Part shown: positions 27,193 to 37,911 of the stretch, piece by piece
Position numbering within the stretch: the stretch's first letter is position 1
How the letters are laid out: every line of letters begins with the position of its first letter
Assembly (NCBI GenBank): GCA_041649715.1
Contig: JBAZMP010000002.1
Coordinates: forward strand, 4,964 to 68,963
Length of the DNA stretch: 64,000 nucleotides
Reading direction: 5' to 3'
DNA from: Patescibacteria group bacterium
GTDB lineage: Bacteria > Patescibacteriota > Patescibacteriia > JAXHNJ01
Notes under the pieces: generated by a model
What the model saw: the letters and a program-made list of their open reading frames with translations, nothing else
What the model was told of the DNA's origin: nothing
Database searches by the model: none
Translations under genes and position numbers: made by a program

Positions 27193-27669
27193 TCAGGTGT
27201 AAGATTTTTTTTGCATACAGCAATAGGCGATGGCCAGAGCGTCAGCCGCGTCATCAGGCGTGGGCACGGCCTTTAAATTGAAAATTGCCTTTAGCATTTT
27301 TTGCATCTGGCCCTTGTCGGCTTTACCGTAGCCGGTGGTCGTTTGCTTGACTTGCAGGGGCGTAAATTCCAACAAAGGGATTTTTTCTTCCGCCGCCGCG
27401 AGACAAACCACGCCCCGCGCCTGGCTGACCAAAAGGGCGGTTTTGGTGTTTTGGCCGAAGAATAGCGATTCCACTCCGATTCTTTCCGGCTTATATTTTT
27501 TAATGATTTTTTTTAGCTCTCTGGAAATTTTTTCCAGCCTTTTTTCCAAGGGGGTTTTGGTTTCCGTGGTCAGGCAGCCGTAGACAATATTCAAAGTTTT
27601 TAATCCATCGGTTTTAAGAATGGCGTAGCCGGTCCGGGCCAGCCCCGGGTCAATGCCTAGAATAATCAT
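27193..27669 (-). CDS. ruvC: Holliday junction resolvase RuvC.
   Basis: N-terminal IILGIDPGLARTGYAIL and a size of 158 aa. Confidence 0.85.
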   Translation of the reverse strand: MIILGIDPGLARTGYAILKTDGLKTLNIVYGCLTTETKTPLEKRLEKISRELKKIIKKYKPERIGVESLFFGQNTKTALLVSQARGVVCLAAAEEKIPLLEFTPLQVKQTTTGYGKADKGQMQKMLKAIFNLKAVPTPDDAADALAIAYCCMQKKSYT

Positions 27670-27671
27670 AG

Positions 27672-28385
27672 TTATGCGATATTAGTATAAACCTGATTCA
27701 CGTCCTCCTGCTCCTCAAGACTTTCAATCAGATTTTGTATTGATTGCCATTTTTTTTCCGATTCAATCTCCACCTTGTTTTTCGCCACCAACTGGATTTC
27801 CGCGGCCGTGATCTTATATTTTTCCGCGAGCTTGTTTTTCACGCTCTGGCAGTCTTCTTTATTTGTGATGACGGTTATTTCGTTTTCGTCCGCCTGAATG
27901 TCTTCGGCTCCGGCGTCAATGGCGACCAACTCTATTTCGTCCTTGCTTTTGCTTTCCGGATCGACGATGATAACGCCCTTTTCTTCAAAGAGCCACCTTA
28001 CGGAATTCGCCTCGCCTAGGCGGCCGTTATTTTTCGCCAGAATGTTCTTTATTTCGCTCGTTGTCCGGTTGCGATTATCGGATAGAGCTTCCACTAAAAG
28101 GGCGATGCCACCCGGTCCATAGGCCTCATACATGATTGATTCCAGCTGGCTGCTTCCTTCTCCGGTGGCTTTTTTGACCGCCCGCTCAATATTGTCCTGG
28201 GGCATGTTGGCGGCTCGGGCCTTTTCTATGGCCAATCTTAATTTAAAATTGGCCGCCGGGTCTGCCCCGCCTTCTTTAGCGGCAATGGTCACGGCGCGGA
28301 TCAGTTTAGAAAATATTTTGCCTTTCTTCTCATCAGAAGCGCCCTTTTGCCTTTTTATCTGTCTCCATTTGGAGTGGCCGGACAT
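27672..28385 (-). CDS. yebC: YebC/PmpR-family DNA-binding regulator.
   Basis: N-terminal MSGHSKWRQIKRQKG…FSKLIRAVTIAAKEGGADP. Confidence 0.85.
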   Translation of the reverse strand: MSGHSKWRQIKRQKGASDEKKGKIFSKLIRAVTIAAKEGGADPAANFKLRLAIEKARAANMPQDNIERAVKKATGEGSSQLESIMYEAYGPGGIALLVEALSDNRNRTTSEIKNILAKNNGRLGEANSVRWLFEEKGVIIVDPESKSKDEIELVAIDAGAEDIQADENEITVITNKEDCQSVKNKLAEKYKITAAEIQLVAKNKVEIESEKKWQSIQNLIESLEEQEDVNQVYTNIA

Positions 28386-28520
28386 TTTTTACCATTAAAA
28401 AAATAAGGTTAGAGTGCTTATAATATAACATTTTTTACGTTTCAAGTCAAAGTAAAACTTCAGCAGCATTTGCTTAATTTGCGGTCCTTTGCTAGAGTGA
28501 ATTCAGATATAATAAAAAAT

Positions 28521-29585
28521 ATGAAAAAGTTGGAAAACAAAAATATTTTTCAAAAATACGACTCCGGAAAAGTTTTGTCTTCCTTAGAGCAGCTGCCTAA
28601 ACAATGCCGCCAAGCGCAGAAAGAAACAAAAAATTTAAAATTTCCGGCTGAATACCGCCGGGTCAGAAACATCCTTGTTTGCGGCATGGGCGGTTCGGGT
28701 TTGGGCAGCGACCTGATCCGAAATGTCTTTGCGAGCCGTTTAAGAGTGCCTCTTAATATCAATGCGGATTATGACTTGCCCGATTACGTGGATAAGGATA
28801 GTCTGGTCGTTGCTTCCAGCTATTCCGGCAATACCGAAGAAACATTGGTTGCCTGCCGCGCCGCTTTGAAGCGGGGGTCTAAACTTTTAGTTATTTCCGC
28901 CGGCGGAAAATTAGCGGGTTTTGCCCGGCACCGTCGTCTGCCGGCCTATATTTTTACGCCTAATTTTAATCCTTCTGGCCAGCCCCGTCTGGGTCTCGGT
29001 TACTCGGTCATCAGCCAAACGGAGATTTTTAGAAAACTGAATATATTAAGAATATCGGAAAAAGAAATAGAGTCAGCCATCGGTTTTTTGGAGTCGTCAA
29101 TCAATGATTTTTCAATAGCGGCCAGAAATAATCCCGCTAAACAGATCGCTTACCGTTTTTTCAGAAAAGTCCCGGTTATTTTTTCCGGCAATTCTCTTTT
29201 GGGCAGCGCTCATGTCTTGGCCAATCAGATCAATGAAAATGCCAAGAATTACGTCAGTTTTTACGCCTTGCCCGAATTAAATCACCATCTTTTGGAAGGT
29301 TTGACCCATCCAACGGTTTTGCGCCAATTTACTTTTTTGCTTCTGGAATCAAACCTCGATTCGCCCGCGGTAAAAAAGCGTTTTTCGGTCACCAGGAAAA
29401 TACTGGCAAAGAAGAAACTGGAAGCGACTACGCTTGTGGCCAAGGGCCGCGACCGCTTTAGCCAGGCTTTATGGCTGATGCTTTTCGGCGGCTTTGCCAG
29501 TTTTTACCTGGCGATGTTAAATCAGGAAAATCCCTCCTTGATCCCCTGGGTGGATTTCTTAAAAAGGGAATTAGCCAAAAAATAA
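28521..29585 (+). CDS. SIS-domain bifunctional phosphoglucose/phosphomannose isomerase (archaeal-type PGI/PMI).
   Basis: Sugar-isomerase domain GMGGSGLGSDL and a size of about 355 aa. The start was chosen at ATG 28521 (MKKLENK); the track ORF uses TTG at 28470. TATAAT sits at 28508-28513. Confidence 0.65.
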   Translation: MKKLENKNIFQKYDSGKVLSSLEQLPKQCRQAQKETKNLKFPAEYRRVRNILVCGMGGSGLGSDLIRNVFASRLRVPLNINADYDLPDYVDKDSLVVASSYSGNTEETLVACRAALKRGSKLLVISAGGKLAGFARHRRLPAYIFTPNFNPSGQPRLGLGYSVISQTEIFRKLNILRISEKEIESAIGFLESSINDFSIAARNNPAKQIAYRFFRKVPVIFSGNSLLGSAHVLANQINENAKNYVSFYALPELNHHLLEGLTHPTVLRQFTFLLLESNLDSPAVKKRFSVTRKILAKKKLEATTLVAKGRDRFSQALWLMLFGGFASFYLAMLNQENPSLIPWVDFLKRELAKK

Positions 29586-29668
29586 TATTATAAGCAATAA
29601 AACTCCCGGCTTCCGTGCTTGGCCAGGAGTTTTTTATTTTGGCTAAACAAGCCTGAAAATGATATACT

Positions 29669-31297
29669 GTGAGTATGAAAAAAATAGAGAAAATATACCA
29701 ATCTTTAGCGAAAAATTGGTTTTGGTTTTCTTTCGTAATTTTGGCAATAATCGCCTTTTTAGTTTTTTCATATTTTCAGTACAGCGCCACCTTTGCCGAT
29801 CCGGATTCTTTCTACCACGCCAAAGCCAGTCTTCTGATCCGCGATCAGGGAGTATCGACGCATTTTCCCTGGCTCCAGGACACCGTTCTAAGGGATAGTT
29901 ATACGGATCAGCATTTTCTCTATCATATTTTTCTGATCCCTTTTGTCACTTTTTTTGACCCTTTGGTGGGCATAAAACTGGCGACCGTTTTTTTAGGGAC
30001 GATATTAATACTCGTCTTTTACGCCCTCCTCCGGCGTTTGCAGGTAAGGGGTGCCTATTTATTTTCCCTCATTTTATTGCTTATTAATCCGTTCACTTTT
30101 CGGATCAGCCTGGCCAAAGCGCCGAGCGTTTCCCTGATTTTTCTGATATTAGGGCTTTATTTTATTTTTAGCCGCCGGCCAAAATGGCTTTTTTTCATTT
30201 CTTTTCTTTATGTCTGGTTTTACGGCGGTTTCATTCTCATTATGGCGGCGACTTTGATCTATCTATTTGTCGGTCTTGTATATGACCGCTGGTGGAAAAA
30301 AAACGAGCCTCACCGTTTCCTGGAAAAGATATTCGCTCTCCTGGGGCGCTCGCACCGCTTCAGGGAGAAAAAAAGAAATAATTTAAAAATATTCCTGGCG
30401 GTACTGCTCGGGCTAATTGCTGGTTTGGTGGTCAATCCTTATTTCCCCAAAAATTTCGGCTTTTACTACCACCAGCTGATCAAGATCGGTATCATAAACT
30501 ACTCAAAAATAATCGGAGTAGGCGGGGAGTGGTATCACTACAAATTTTTCGATTTAATTACCGACACCATGTCGGTTTCCGTCATTTTAGTGATTGCTCT
30601 GATTTTATTTTTTATCTGCATAAAAAGACAATCAAAAATTTCTTTCACGCTTTTTTTCATCTATATCCTGTTTTTTATTTTTACCCTCAAATCAAGGCGG
30701 TACGTCGAGTATTACGTTCCTTTCGCCCTGCTTTTCGCAAGCGTCTCCCTGCGCGATTCTCTAGCCCACTTGAATTTTAAAAAGTATCTATCGGCTTTTA
30801 AATCCGCCTATTTTAAAAATATATGGTCAAAATTATTCATTTCCCTGTTCATCCTTTATCTCGGCATTATTCTGCCCGTCATCATTGTCCGCGACTTTAA
30901 GGCCCAAAGGAGGGACTTAAGCAACGGCATCCCTTTTAATAAATATTACCAGGTTTCCCAGTGGCTTATTGGAAACAGCGCCGCCGGCACGATCGTTATT
31001 CACAGCGACTGGGATGATTTTCCCGTGCTTTTTTACCATAATTCGCACAACTATTATATCGTAGGCTTAGACCCGACCTTCATGTATGAATATAATAAGG
31101 ACCTGTACTGGAAGTGGGTCGATTTAACTACCGGTAAAGAAGTGCCTGATTTGTATGAAGTGGTAAAAAATGAATTCAAGGCTAGCTATCTGGTGATTGA
31201 AAAAGACCATGGCGGCATGTACCGGTTTGTTTCCCAAACGAAAAATTTCGGCCTGGTATACGAAGATAATGAGGTATATTTATACCAGGTTAATTGA
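29669..31297 (+). CDS. Large polytopic membrane protein with a C-terminal soluble domain; possible GT-C-fold glycosyltransferase, not confirmed.
   Basis: Ten or more hydrophobic helices and an acidic motif (FADPDSFYH) in the first extracytoplasmic loop. Confidence 0.4.
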   Translation: MSMKKIEKIYQSLAKNWFWFSFVILAIIAFLVFSYFQYSATFADPDSFYHAKASLLIRDQGVSTHFPWLQDTVLRDSYTDQHFLYHIFLIPFVTFFDPLVGIKLATVFLGTILILVFYALLRRLQVRGAYLFSLILLLINPFTFRISLAKAPSVSLIFLILGLYFIFSRRPKWLFFISFLYVWFYGGFILIMAATLIYLFVGLVYDRWWKKNEPHRFLEKIFALLGRSHRFREKKRNNLKIFLAVLLGLIAGLVVNPYFPKNFGFYYHQLIKIGIINYSKIIGVGGEWYHYKFFDLITDTMSVSVILVIALILFFICIKRQSKISFTLFFIYILFFIFTLKSRRYVEYYVPFALLFASVSLRDSLAHLNFKKYLSAFKSAYFKNIWSKLFISLFILYLGIILPVIIVRDFKAQRRDLSNGIPFNKYYQVSQWLIGNSAAGTIVIHSDWDDFPVLFYHNSHNYYIVGLDPTFMYEYNKDLYWKWVDLTTGKEVPDLYEVVKNEFKASYLVIEKDHGGMYRFVSQTKNFGLVYEDNEVYLYQVN

Positions 31298-31338
31298 AGA
31301 CATTCAGTCCGAAACAATAAATCTCCTTTTTTATTTAT

Positions 31339-32730
31339 ATGTCAATAAATATTTCCGCCAGGCTAAAGAGTTATTTGAAGGTTTATCGGGATGTTTTTCG
31401 ATTTTTCGCGCTTGACACCTGGCTTTTTACTTTTTTATCGACGCTTTCCTTTTCTCAAATTTATCCGTATTTTTTTTACTATCATGGGGTCTATTACCTA
31501 TTAGCGGCATTGGTTCTTCTAGTCTTGAGCCTTTATATCGGGTACGATATCCTTACATATTTCAAAAAAGATATTCTGCTCCACCGCGATAATATGGGCC
31601 AAAAGAAGCTTAAGTTAGTTATCTCGATGGTCTTGATCTTTATAGGTGGGTATTTGTTGAGCATATTTTGCCGACCTTCAGAAGTTATTGACACTAAAGG
31701 ATTGATGATACACGATGAAATTGTTCAGTCTAAATACACCATAAAGTATTTTCTGGAAGGAAAAGATCCCTATCAGTTGAGTTATAATAACACTCCGCTG
31801 AATTTAACGGATTATTATCGATATATCGAAATCAACAAAAAATTATTGGTGCCAAATCCTGCTTTGGTTACCTACGCCTATCTGCCGGGGCAATTTCTCG
31901 TGGCCGTACCCTTTTACCAGCTTTTTACCGCGGTATTTCACTGGTATGACCACCGGATATTCTATGTCTTTGTGCTCCTTGGCCTTTTGTTCGTTGTTTA
32001 CCGATTGACAAGAAATCCGCGCTATCGCCAGTTGTTATTAATAACTTTTTTCTTTTTCCCCGGTTTTTTTGATAAAATATATTTTGGCTTTAATGATTTA
32101 CAGCCTCTCCTTTTACTCCTCGCCAGCCTTCATTTTTTAAAGGAAAAACGAATTATCTGGTCGGTCGTGTTTTTGGGCGTCGCGGCCGCGAGCAAACAAA
32201 GCGTCTTATTCTTTATCCCTTTTTATTTATTGTATCTTTTCAAAAATGACTATTATTTTTCTTCGGAAAGAAGAAAAAAGACGATTCTTTCCCTTTTAAT
32301 CTTAGTGACCTTGGCGGCAGCGGTAGTTCTGCCTTTTTATTTTTGGAGCCCAAAGGATTTCATCAACGATGTCCTTGATTATCAAACCGGTAAGTCAGCC
32401 CAAAGCTATCCGATACACGGGCGAGGTTTTTCCGCTCTGATCTTCAGTGTTTTACGGTTAGTTCCTACGGTAAATGATTACTACCCATTTATTATTTGGC
32501 AGGTTATCTTCGCTTTACCGGTATTTGTCTATTGTCTCATAAGACAATACAGAGATAATTCGCTTAAAAATGTGATCACAAATTACTTATTAACCTTACT
32601 GGTTTTTTGGTATTTTTCCCGCTATATTTTCATTAATCATTACACTTATATGGCGCTTTTTTTGCCGGTGGCCTATCTAATCGAGGCAGGTGGACAAGAG
32701 GGTAAAACGGCAAATAAGTCCGTAGGCTAG
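31339..32730 (+). CDS. Polytopic membrane protein, possibly DUF2029/GT87-like.
   Basis: Shared motifs with the next gene (AAASKQSVLFFIPFYLLY vs LACVSKQSAWLILPFYFFY). The exact start is uncertain; an internal ATG is possible. Confidence 0.35.
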   Translation: MSINISARLKSYLKVYRDVFRFFALDTWLFTFLSTLSFSQIYPYFFYYHGVYYLLAALVLLVLSLYIGYDILTYFKKDILLHRDNMGQKKLKLVISMVLIFIGGYLLSIFCRPSEVIDTKGLMIHDEIVQSKYTIKYFLEGKDPYQLSYNNTPLNLTDYYRYIEINKKLLVPNPALVTYAYLPGQFLVAVPFYQLFTAVFHWYDHRIFYVFVLLGLLFVVYRLTRNPRYRQLLLITFFFFPGFFDKIYFGFNDLQPLLLLLASLHFLKEKRIIWSVVFLGVAAASKQSVLFFIPFYLLYLFKNDYYFSSERRKKTILSLLILVTLAAAVVLPFYFWSPKDFINDVLDYQTGKSAQSYPIHGRGFSALIFSVLRLVPTVNDYYPFIIWQVIFALPVFVYCLIRQYRDNSLKNVITNYLLTLLVFWYFSRYIFINHYTYMALFLPVAYLIEAGGQEGKTANKSVG

Positions 32731-32746
32731 GAACCAGTTTCAAATT

Positions 32747-34072
32747 ATGGTTAACTCATCTCAAAAGACAATCGGACTTGATTTTATCCTGCTTTTTTCT
32801 TTGGTTTTTTATTTTGTCATTCAGGAGAATTGGATAAAATTGTCCAGCCTTTTTTTGGCCTTTATGGCCCTTAGCGGGATCGTTTCCTATTATTTTATAA
32901 GCCAGTCAAAAATAGGGGACGGAAAAAAACATTATATTAAATTAGCGATCATTCTTGTTTTGATTGTTTCTTTGGTTTTATTCTCGCTTGTTCACCAGAT
33001 CATTTTACGCCGACAAGGAGCGGACATTCATTACACGCATGACGGAGCGGTGCAGACCGAGGAAGCGAGCAAATTCCTGGCTCAAGGGGTTGACCCTTAC
33101 GCGGCCGATTATCGGAATACGCCTTTCGGCCATTTTATTGATACCTACAGCGGCGGGGAAAGGGAGAATCCGGCCTGGACGCACTATGTTTATCTGCCGT
33201 TCTTGCCGGTTTTTTCCCTGCCTTTCCAGGCGGTAATAAAACAGATCGCCGGTTTTTTCGACCAGAGAATGGTCTATGGTTTATTGTTCATGGCAAGCCT
33301 GTTTTTTATCTACAAGCTTCCGGAAGAAAAAGACAAAAAATTGATCGGTTTGATTATTTTTGCCTTTAATCCGATCTTTGCCCGCCATTTAGTGCATGGT
33401 TTTAACGATATTTTTGTTTTTTTCTGGCTGATTTTTTCTCTTTATTTATTGAAACAAAAGAAATATTATTGGTCGGCCGGCATGCTGGCCTTAGCCTGCG
33501 TCTCCAAACAGTCTGCCTGGTTGATCCTGCCCTTTTATTTTTTCTATTTGTATTTTGCCGAAAATCCAATGAAGGCATTTTTGGATAAAATAAGGGGCAT
33601 TTTTAAAAAGCTCATCCCGTTTTTCCTGCTGGCGGCGGCCATCTTTACGCCTTTTCTCATCTGGGGCTTTGATGATTTTATCGATGACATCTACCGTTAT
33701 CCGGCCGGCAGCATCGCCTCCAATTTTCCCGCGATCGGTTATGGTTTTTCCCGCCTTTTCTATCTGGCGGGATTTATGCCAAGCCCCTGGAGTTATTTCC
33801 CTTTTTGGATTTTTCAGGCTTTCTTCGGCCTGCCGCTTTTTTATTTTCTGATCAAAAAGCAAATGAAGAATAATAATTTGTCAGCCCTCTTTATTAATTA
33901 CGGCCTTTTTCTGCTTGTTTTTTGGTTTTTTTCCCGTTTTTTTAACGACAACTATATCTCCTATCTTTCCCTTATTTTTCTGGCCGGCTATTTAGTTGAG
34001 GAAAAAATGACGCATAACGAGGCCGAAAAAACGGACAAAACGGTTTTAAACAATAATAAGGTTGGGCTATGA
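32747..34072 (+). CDS. Polytopic membrane protein, paralog of 31339..32730.
   Basis: Motifs collinear with the preceding gene. Its TGA stop overlaps the next gene's ATG (ATGA at 34069-34072). Confidence 0.4.
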   Translation: MVNSSQKTIGLDFILLFSLVFYFVIQENWIKLSSLFLAFMALSGIVSYYFISQSKIGDGKKHYIKLAIILVLIVSLVLFSLVHQIILRRQGADIHYTHDGAVQTEEASKFLAQGVDPYAADYRNTPFGHFIDTYSGGERENPAWTHYVYLPFLPVFSLPFQAVIKQIAGFFDQRMVYGLLFMASLFFIYKLPEEKDKKLIGLIIFAFNPIFARHLVHGFNDIFVFFWLIFSLYLLKQKKYYWSAGMLALACVSKQSAWLILPFYFFYLYFAENPMKAFLDKIRGIFKKLIPFFLLAAAIFTPFLIWGFDDFIDDIYRYPAGSIASNFPAIGYGFSRLFYLAGFMPSPWSYFPFWIFQAFFGLPLFYFLIKKQMKNNNLSALFINYGLFLLVFWFFSRFFNDNYISYLSLIFLAGYLVEEKMTHNEAEKTDKTVLNNNKVGL

Positions 34073-35730
34073 GAGGATATTTTCCCGCAATCAATAAAAA
34101 GGAGTGGTTTTTTGTCATTAAAATAAGCCTGATCTTAATTTTTGTCACGACAATCCCTTACATTTACGGCTATCTGATTACGCCGGCGGATAAATTTTTC
34201 CCCGGCATACATTCCCTGGGGCCCGGGGATTATAACGTTTATTATTCTTATATTGAACAGGTAAATCAGGGCCGTTTTATTTTTACCGATCTTTTTACCG
34301 GGGAAGAGCATCGCCCGTTTAATTTTAACCCTTTATGGCTGACCGTGGGCTTGTTCGGCAGATTTTTCCATTTGCCTTCAATTGCCACCCTGCAGGCCTC
34401 GCGCGCCTTTTTAATTTTCCCCTTTGCTCTTGTTTTGTATCTCTTCATCAGTTTTTTCATCAAGTCTCCGGCCCGGCGGCGCCTTGGGTTCCTTTTTTCT
34501 GTCTTTGCCTCGGGTCTGGGCAGTTTTTTCCTGCCGCTTATTAATCACTGGTACGGCCCGTCCCTGCCCTTGTCCCTTTATCCCATGGACCTTTGGGTAT
34601 CCGAAGGATATAATTTTTTGACCCTCTACCACACGCCGCATTTCATCGCGGCGACCGCGCTGATAATTTTTATCTTCCTCTTTCTTTTTAAATCCTTTGA
34701 AAAAGGCAGCTGGCGTTCTCTATTTTTCGCCGGCATCGCGAGTTTGATCTTAATGTTTTTTCATCCTTTTCATCTGCCGACTATTTTGGCCGTGCCGTTG
34801 GCTTATATTTTTGTCGCTTCATGGCGGGCCGGAAAATTATTGCGGCCTTATATCACGAAGTACTTTGTTTTTTTGCTTTTAACGTCGCCCGCGGTTATTT
34901 ACCAGTTTTTATTGGTCATTTATGATCCGGTGGCCGCCGGGCGGGCGGCGCAAAACATTTGCCAAACTGACCGCTTCTGGGTTTTTTTGATCAGTTACGG
35001 TCTCATTTTGCCCTTTGCTTTAATCGGCCTATGGTATAAAAAGCCCAGAAGCAACAAGCATATATTTTTGGCGACCTGGCTAATCGCCCAGTTTTTCCTT
35101 ATTTTCGCTCCGCTTACTTTTCAGAGAAGGTTGACCGAAGGGTGGCAGATACCTTTGTGTTTGTTCGCCTTTTGGGGCCTTCAATATTTCTGGGAATTTA
35201 TTAAGCGCAAAAAACCGGCCATTGATTCGTCCGGCTATAAAATTATATTTGTCAGCCTGATTGTTCTTTTATTCGGGCTTTCCAACTTCCATGTGGTCGC
35301 CCAGGACCTCTCGCTTTATACCAGCGCCGAATTTCGCGACCCGCCGCAATATGTTTATCTGGACAAAGGGTTCGGCGAAGCTTTTAAATGGATGAAACAA
35401 AATTTAACGTCTCAAGACGTCGTGTTTAGCGATGTCATCGCCAGCTCTTTTATCGCCGGTTTTACCGGCAAAAGAATCTACATCGGCCACTCGGTGGAAA
35501 CCCTTGATTTCGCCAAAAAAAGAGAAATAGCCAAATGGTTTTTCGAAAGCAATACGGGCGATGCTGAAAAAGAGCAATTCTTAAAAAATAACAAAATAAC
35601 CTATCTATTTGCGAACAATTTTATCTCTGTTGATTATAAAAATACAGCCGGGATTTTCAATCCTGCCACTAAGAATTATTTGAACCCGGTGTTTAAAAGC
35701 GGCGAAGTTGCAATTTATAAGGTGAAATAA
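34069..35730 (+). CDS. Large polytopic membrane protein, fourth member of the array.
   Basis: 553 aa with more than 10 helices. DYNVYYSYIEQVNQG motif in the first loop. Confidence 0.35.
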   Translation: MRGYFPAINKKEWFFVIKISLILIFVTTIPYIYGYLITPADKFFPGIHSLGPGDYNVYYSYIEQVNQGRFIFTDLFTGEEHRPFNFNPLWLTVGLFGRFFHLPSIATLQASRAFLIFPFALVLYLFISFFIKSPARRRLGFLFSVFASGLGSFFLPLINHWYGPSLPLSLYPMDLWVSEGYNFLTLYHTPHFIAATALIIFIFLFLFKSFEKGSWRSLFFAGIASLILMFFHPFHLPTILAVPLAYIFVASWRAGKLLRPYITKYFVFLLLTSPAVIYQFLLVIYDPVAAGRAAQNICQTDRFWVFLISYGLILPFALIGLWYKKPRSNKHIFLATWLIAQFFLIFAPLTFQRRLTEGWQIPLCLFAFWGLQYFWEFIKRKKPAIDSSGYKIIFVSLIVLLFGLSNFHVVAQDLSLYTSAEFRDPPQYVYLDKGFGEAFKWMKQNLTSQDVVFSDVIASSFIAGFTGKRIYIGHSVETLDFAKKREIAKWFFESNTGDAEKEQFLKNNKITYLFANNFISVDYKNTAGIFNPATKNYLNPVFKSGEVAIYKVK

Positions 35731-35776
35731 TTAATCGCCTTAAATAGGGGGGGGTATCCCCGGGTTTTTGATGGGA

Positions 35777-37804
35777 TTATAAAGTTATCCACAGGGGCGT
35801 AATTTCCCCCAATTTGTCTGATTTTTTGATAAACGGCCGGAATATTTTATCTTTACTCAAGCCCATCTTGCCCTCAGTATTGTACAGGGAAATTTTTAAC
35901 TGGTAATCGCCGGGAGTGACAGAGGCGGGGATCAAAAATTTATAATTCACTTCGATCAATTCGCCGGCCAGCCAGTCGTGAGTGGGGTAGAAGGCGGAGA
36001 GAGGATAGTTATCCTGCCAAACAATTTTGCTATTTTGTTCCAATTTCACCGTCATTTGATAATCGCGGCTGATTTTTTTCTCGCTCCGCCAGTAAAGAGA
36101 AAGCGGTAGCAAGCGGTAAGCATGATCATTGATCGATTCGGTGGTTATTGCCGATTGTTTAAGGCCGGCTAATTTTACGGCATTGTTAAAATCAATATTA
36201 CTGGAGGTGGCCTGGGCGGGCAATTTTTTTATGACGGCGTAAGGACTACTTTCGGCCCCAAGGCAGTCTTTTGTGTAAAGGAGAAATTTACCAAGATAAC
36301 GGTTAAGGCAAAAATCATTAGCGCTGATTAACTCGCGCATTCTTTGGGCGCCCCCGATATTATTCTCGTCATCCTCGCGGTACAAGTAATGGTAGTAGTT
36401 AAAATCAGAAAAATCAAAGAGCAGCGTCTGCGCGTCTGGCGGGATTCGGTAGTCTTGCGACGAGTATTGTTTTTTTCCCAAATACTGGTAGTGCAGCGAA
36501 TAAATTTTTTCCCGACCGGAAAGCCGCGGAATAAATTGAAAGCCGGTGGCGACCGGCGTGTCACGGTCAATAAGCGAAACAAAATCGTTTCTCAGACGTA
36601 CCTCCTCTTTGATCTTCGGATAACCAAAAAAATCCTTGGCCAGCCAAAATGCCGAGCCGGCATAAAGCGAAGAGTAGACGGCGATAATAACCACGATCGT
36701 GAGAAAAATCGACCTCTCCTTTTGCAGGATTGCCAACAGCTTGCCCTTATTCGGCCGATATAGAATTTTTTCCAGAGCGAAGACCAGGCCGATAAAAAGA
36801 AAAGGGATTATCAGAGAAGTATAGTGAATTTCCAAAGCAAGGGGGCCACCCGAGCCGAGCATGAGGATTTGAAAAATGATCAAGGCGACAGGCAAAAGAT
36901 ACTTTATTTTTATCAACGGCAAAAAGCCGAAAGGAAGAAAAAGCCCGGCTAAAAAGACGATATTATCCCCGGAAAATAGGTGTTTTAAAACCAACCAGGG
37001 ATGCCCGAAGAAATTTAATATGATGCTTTTTAAGTCTTGGCCAAGCCAGCCGTAATACAGGATAAATTTATATTGGCCATAACCGGAAAAATAGCCGGTG
37101 ATTTTAGTGGCGAAAATAAACCAGGCCAAGCCAATAACAAAAGGTACGACAATCCATTTCCATGATTTTTTCTCTATTAAGGCAAAAAAACTAAAAGCTA
37201 AAACAACCAACGCCGCATCTTCCCGCACCAACAAAGTAAGAATCAAAAACAGCAAAAATAAGCCAAATTTTTCTTCCAAATAATAATAGAAAAAAAGAAA
37301 AAACAGCGGGATGGCAAAAGGCAAAATATGAAATTCATAGGAGTTGGTGTTTTGAACAAAAACATTGCTAAGATAAAGTAAGCCTAAAAGCAAGCTTAAG
37401 TTTTCACCAAGTTTTTTTCTGGCGATTAAATAGAGGGGATAGGCGCCGAAAGCAAGGACGGCGGTTTGAAGGATGAGCAGACTGACCGGACTTTTAATTA
37501 AAAAATAGAGAGGGAGAAAAAAAAGAATAATCAGTTCGAAATGATCGCCCAGGTACGAATGAGGATGGATGGTCAGGCTGAAAAGATCTCCTTGGCTGGA
37601 ATTAAAAAAAACCTGGTTATAAATCGCCAGATCCAAACCGATATAATTGTAGGTGAAGTATTTATAGAGGCAAAAACCGGAGAATAAAATAATATAGGAG
37701 ATAATAAAAATCCAGAGGATTGGGCGAGAATGTTTTTTAATCCGTTCACTCCAGGTTTTTCCCGTAATTACCAGGCGTGAAAAAATATCTTGGCGGGTGG
37801 TCAT
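35777..37804 (-). CDS. Large polytopic membrane protein with a C-terminal beta-rich ectodomain (DUF2079-like?).
   Basis: 675 aa. GLDLAIYNQVFFNSSQGDLF motif in the first loop. Confidence 0.35.
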   Translation of the reverse strand: MTTRQDIFSRLVITGKTWSERIKKHSRPILWIFIISYIILFSGFCLYKYFTYNYIGLDLAIYNQVFFNSSQGDLFSLTIHPHSYLGDHFELIILFFLPLYFLIKSPVSLLILQTAVLAFGAYPLYLIARKKLGENLSLLLGLLYLSNVFVQNTNSYEFHILPFAIPLFFLFFYYYLEEKFGLFLLFLILTLLVREDAALVVLAFSFFALIEKKSWKWIVVPFVIGLAWFIFATKITGYFSGYGQYKFILYYGWLGQDLKSIILNFFGHPWLVLKHLFSGDNIVFLAGLFLPFGFLPLIKIKYLLPVALIIFQILMLGSGGPLALEIHYTSLIIPFLFIGLVFALEKILYRPNKGKLLAILQKERSIFLTIVVIIAVYSSLYAGSAFWLAKDFFGYPKIKEEVRLRNDFVSLIDRDTPVATGFQFIPRLSGREKIYSLHYQYLGKKQYSSQDYRIPPDAQTLLFDFSDFNYYHYLYREDDENNIGGAQRMRELISANDFCLNRYLGKFLLYTKDCLGAESSPYAVIKKLPAQATSSNIDFNNAVKLAGLKQSAITTESINDHAYRLLPLSLYWRSEKKISRDYQMTVKLEQNSKIVWQDNYPLSAFYPTHDWLAGELIEVNYKFLIPASVTPGDYQLKISLYNTEGKMGLSKDKIFRPFIKKSDKLGEITPLWITL

Positions 37805-37849
37805 TTTTTCTTTAGTTTATCTTATTTTATTCTATCTTAAAAATAAAAA

Positions 37850-37896
37850 GAAAACAAACCCGCCCCGCCATTTATGGCGGGGCGGGGTGATATTTG
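37850..37896 (-). terminator. Strong rho-independent terminator after the pilin-like gene 37912..38277.
   Basis: Perfect 12-bp stem CCCGCCCCGCCA / TGGCGGGGCGGG (37869-37880 / 37885-37896), followed by a U-rich tract on the minus strand. Confidence 0.65.
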
Positions 37897-37911
37897 AAGT
37901 TTAATTAGTCG

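Noticed and set aside
34066-34075. Possible alternative genetic code (UGA as Gly, as in some CPR lineages).
   Set aside because: TGA functions as a stop overlapping the next start (ATGA at 34069-34072). Other genes end in TGA, and no in-frame TGA occurs in conserved genes.
37869-37896. Perfect 12-bp inverted repeat considered as a mobile-element terminus.
   Set aside because: Single copy, 4-nt loop, flanked by a U-run directly after a gene stop. Behaves as an intrinsic terminator.
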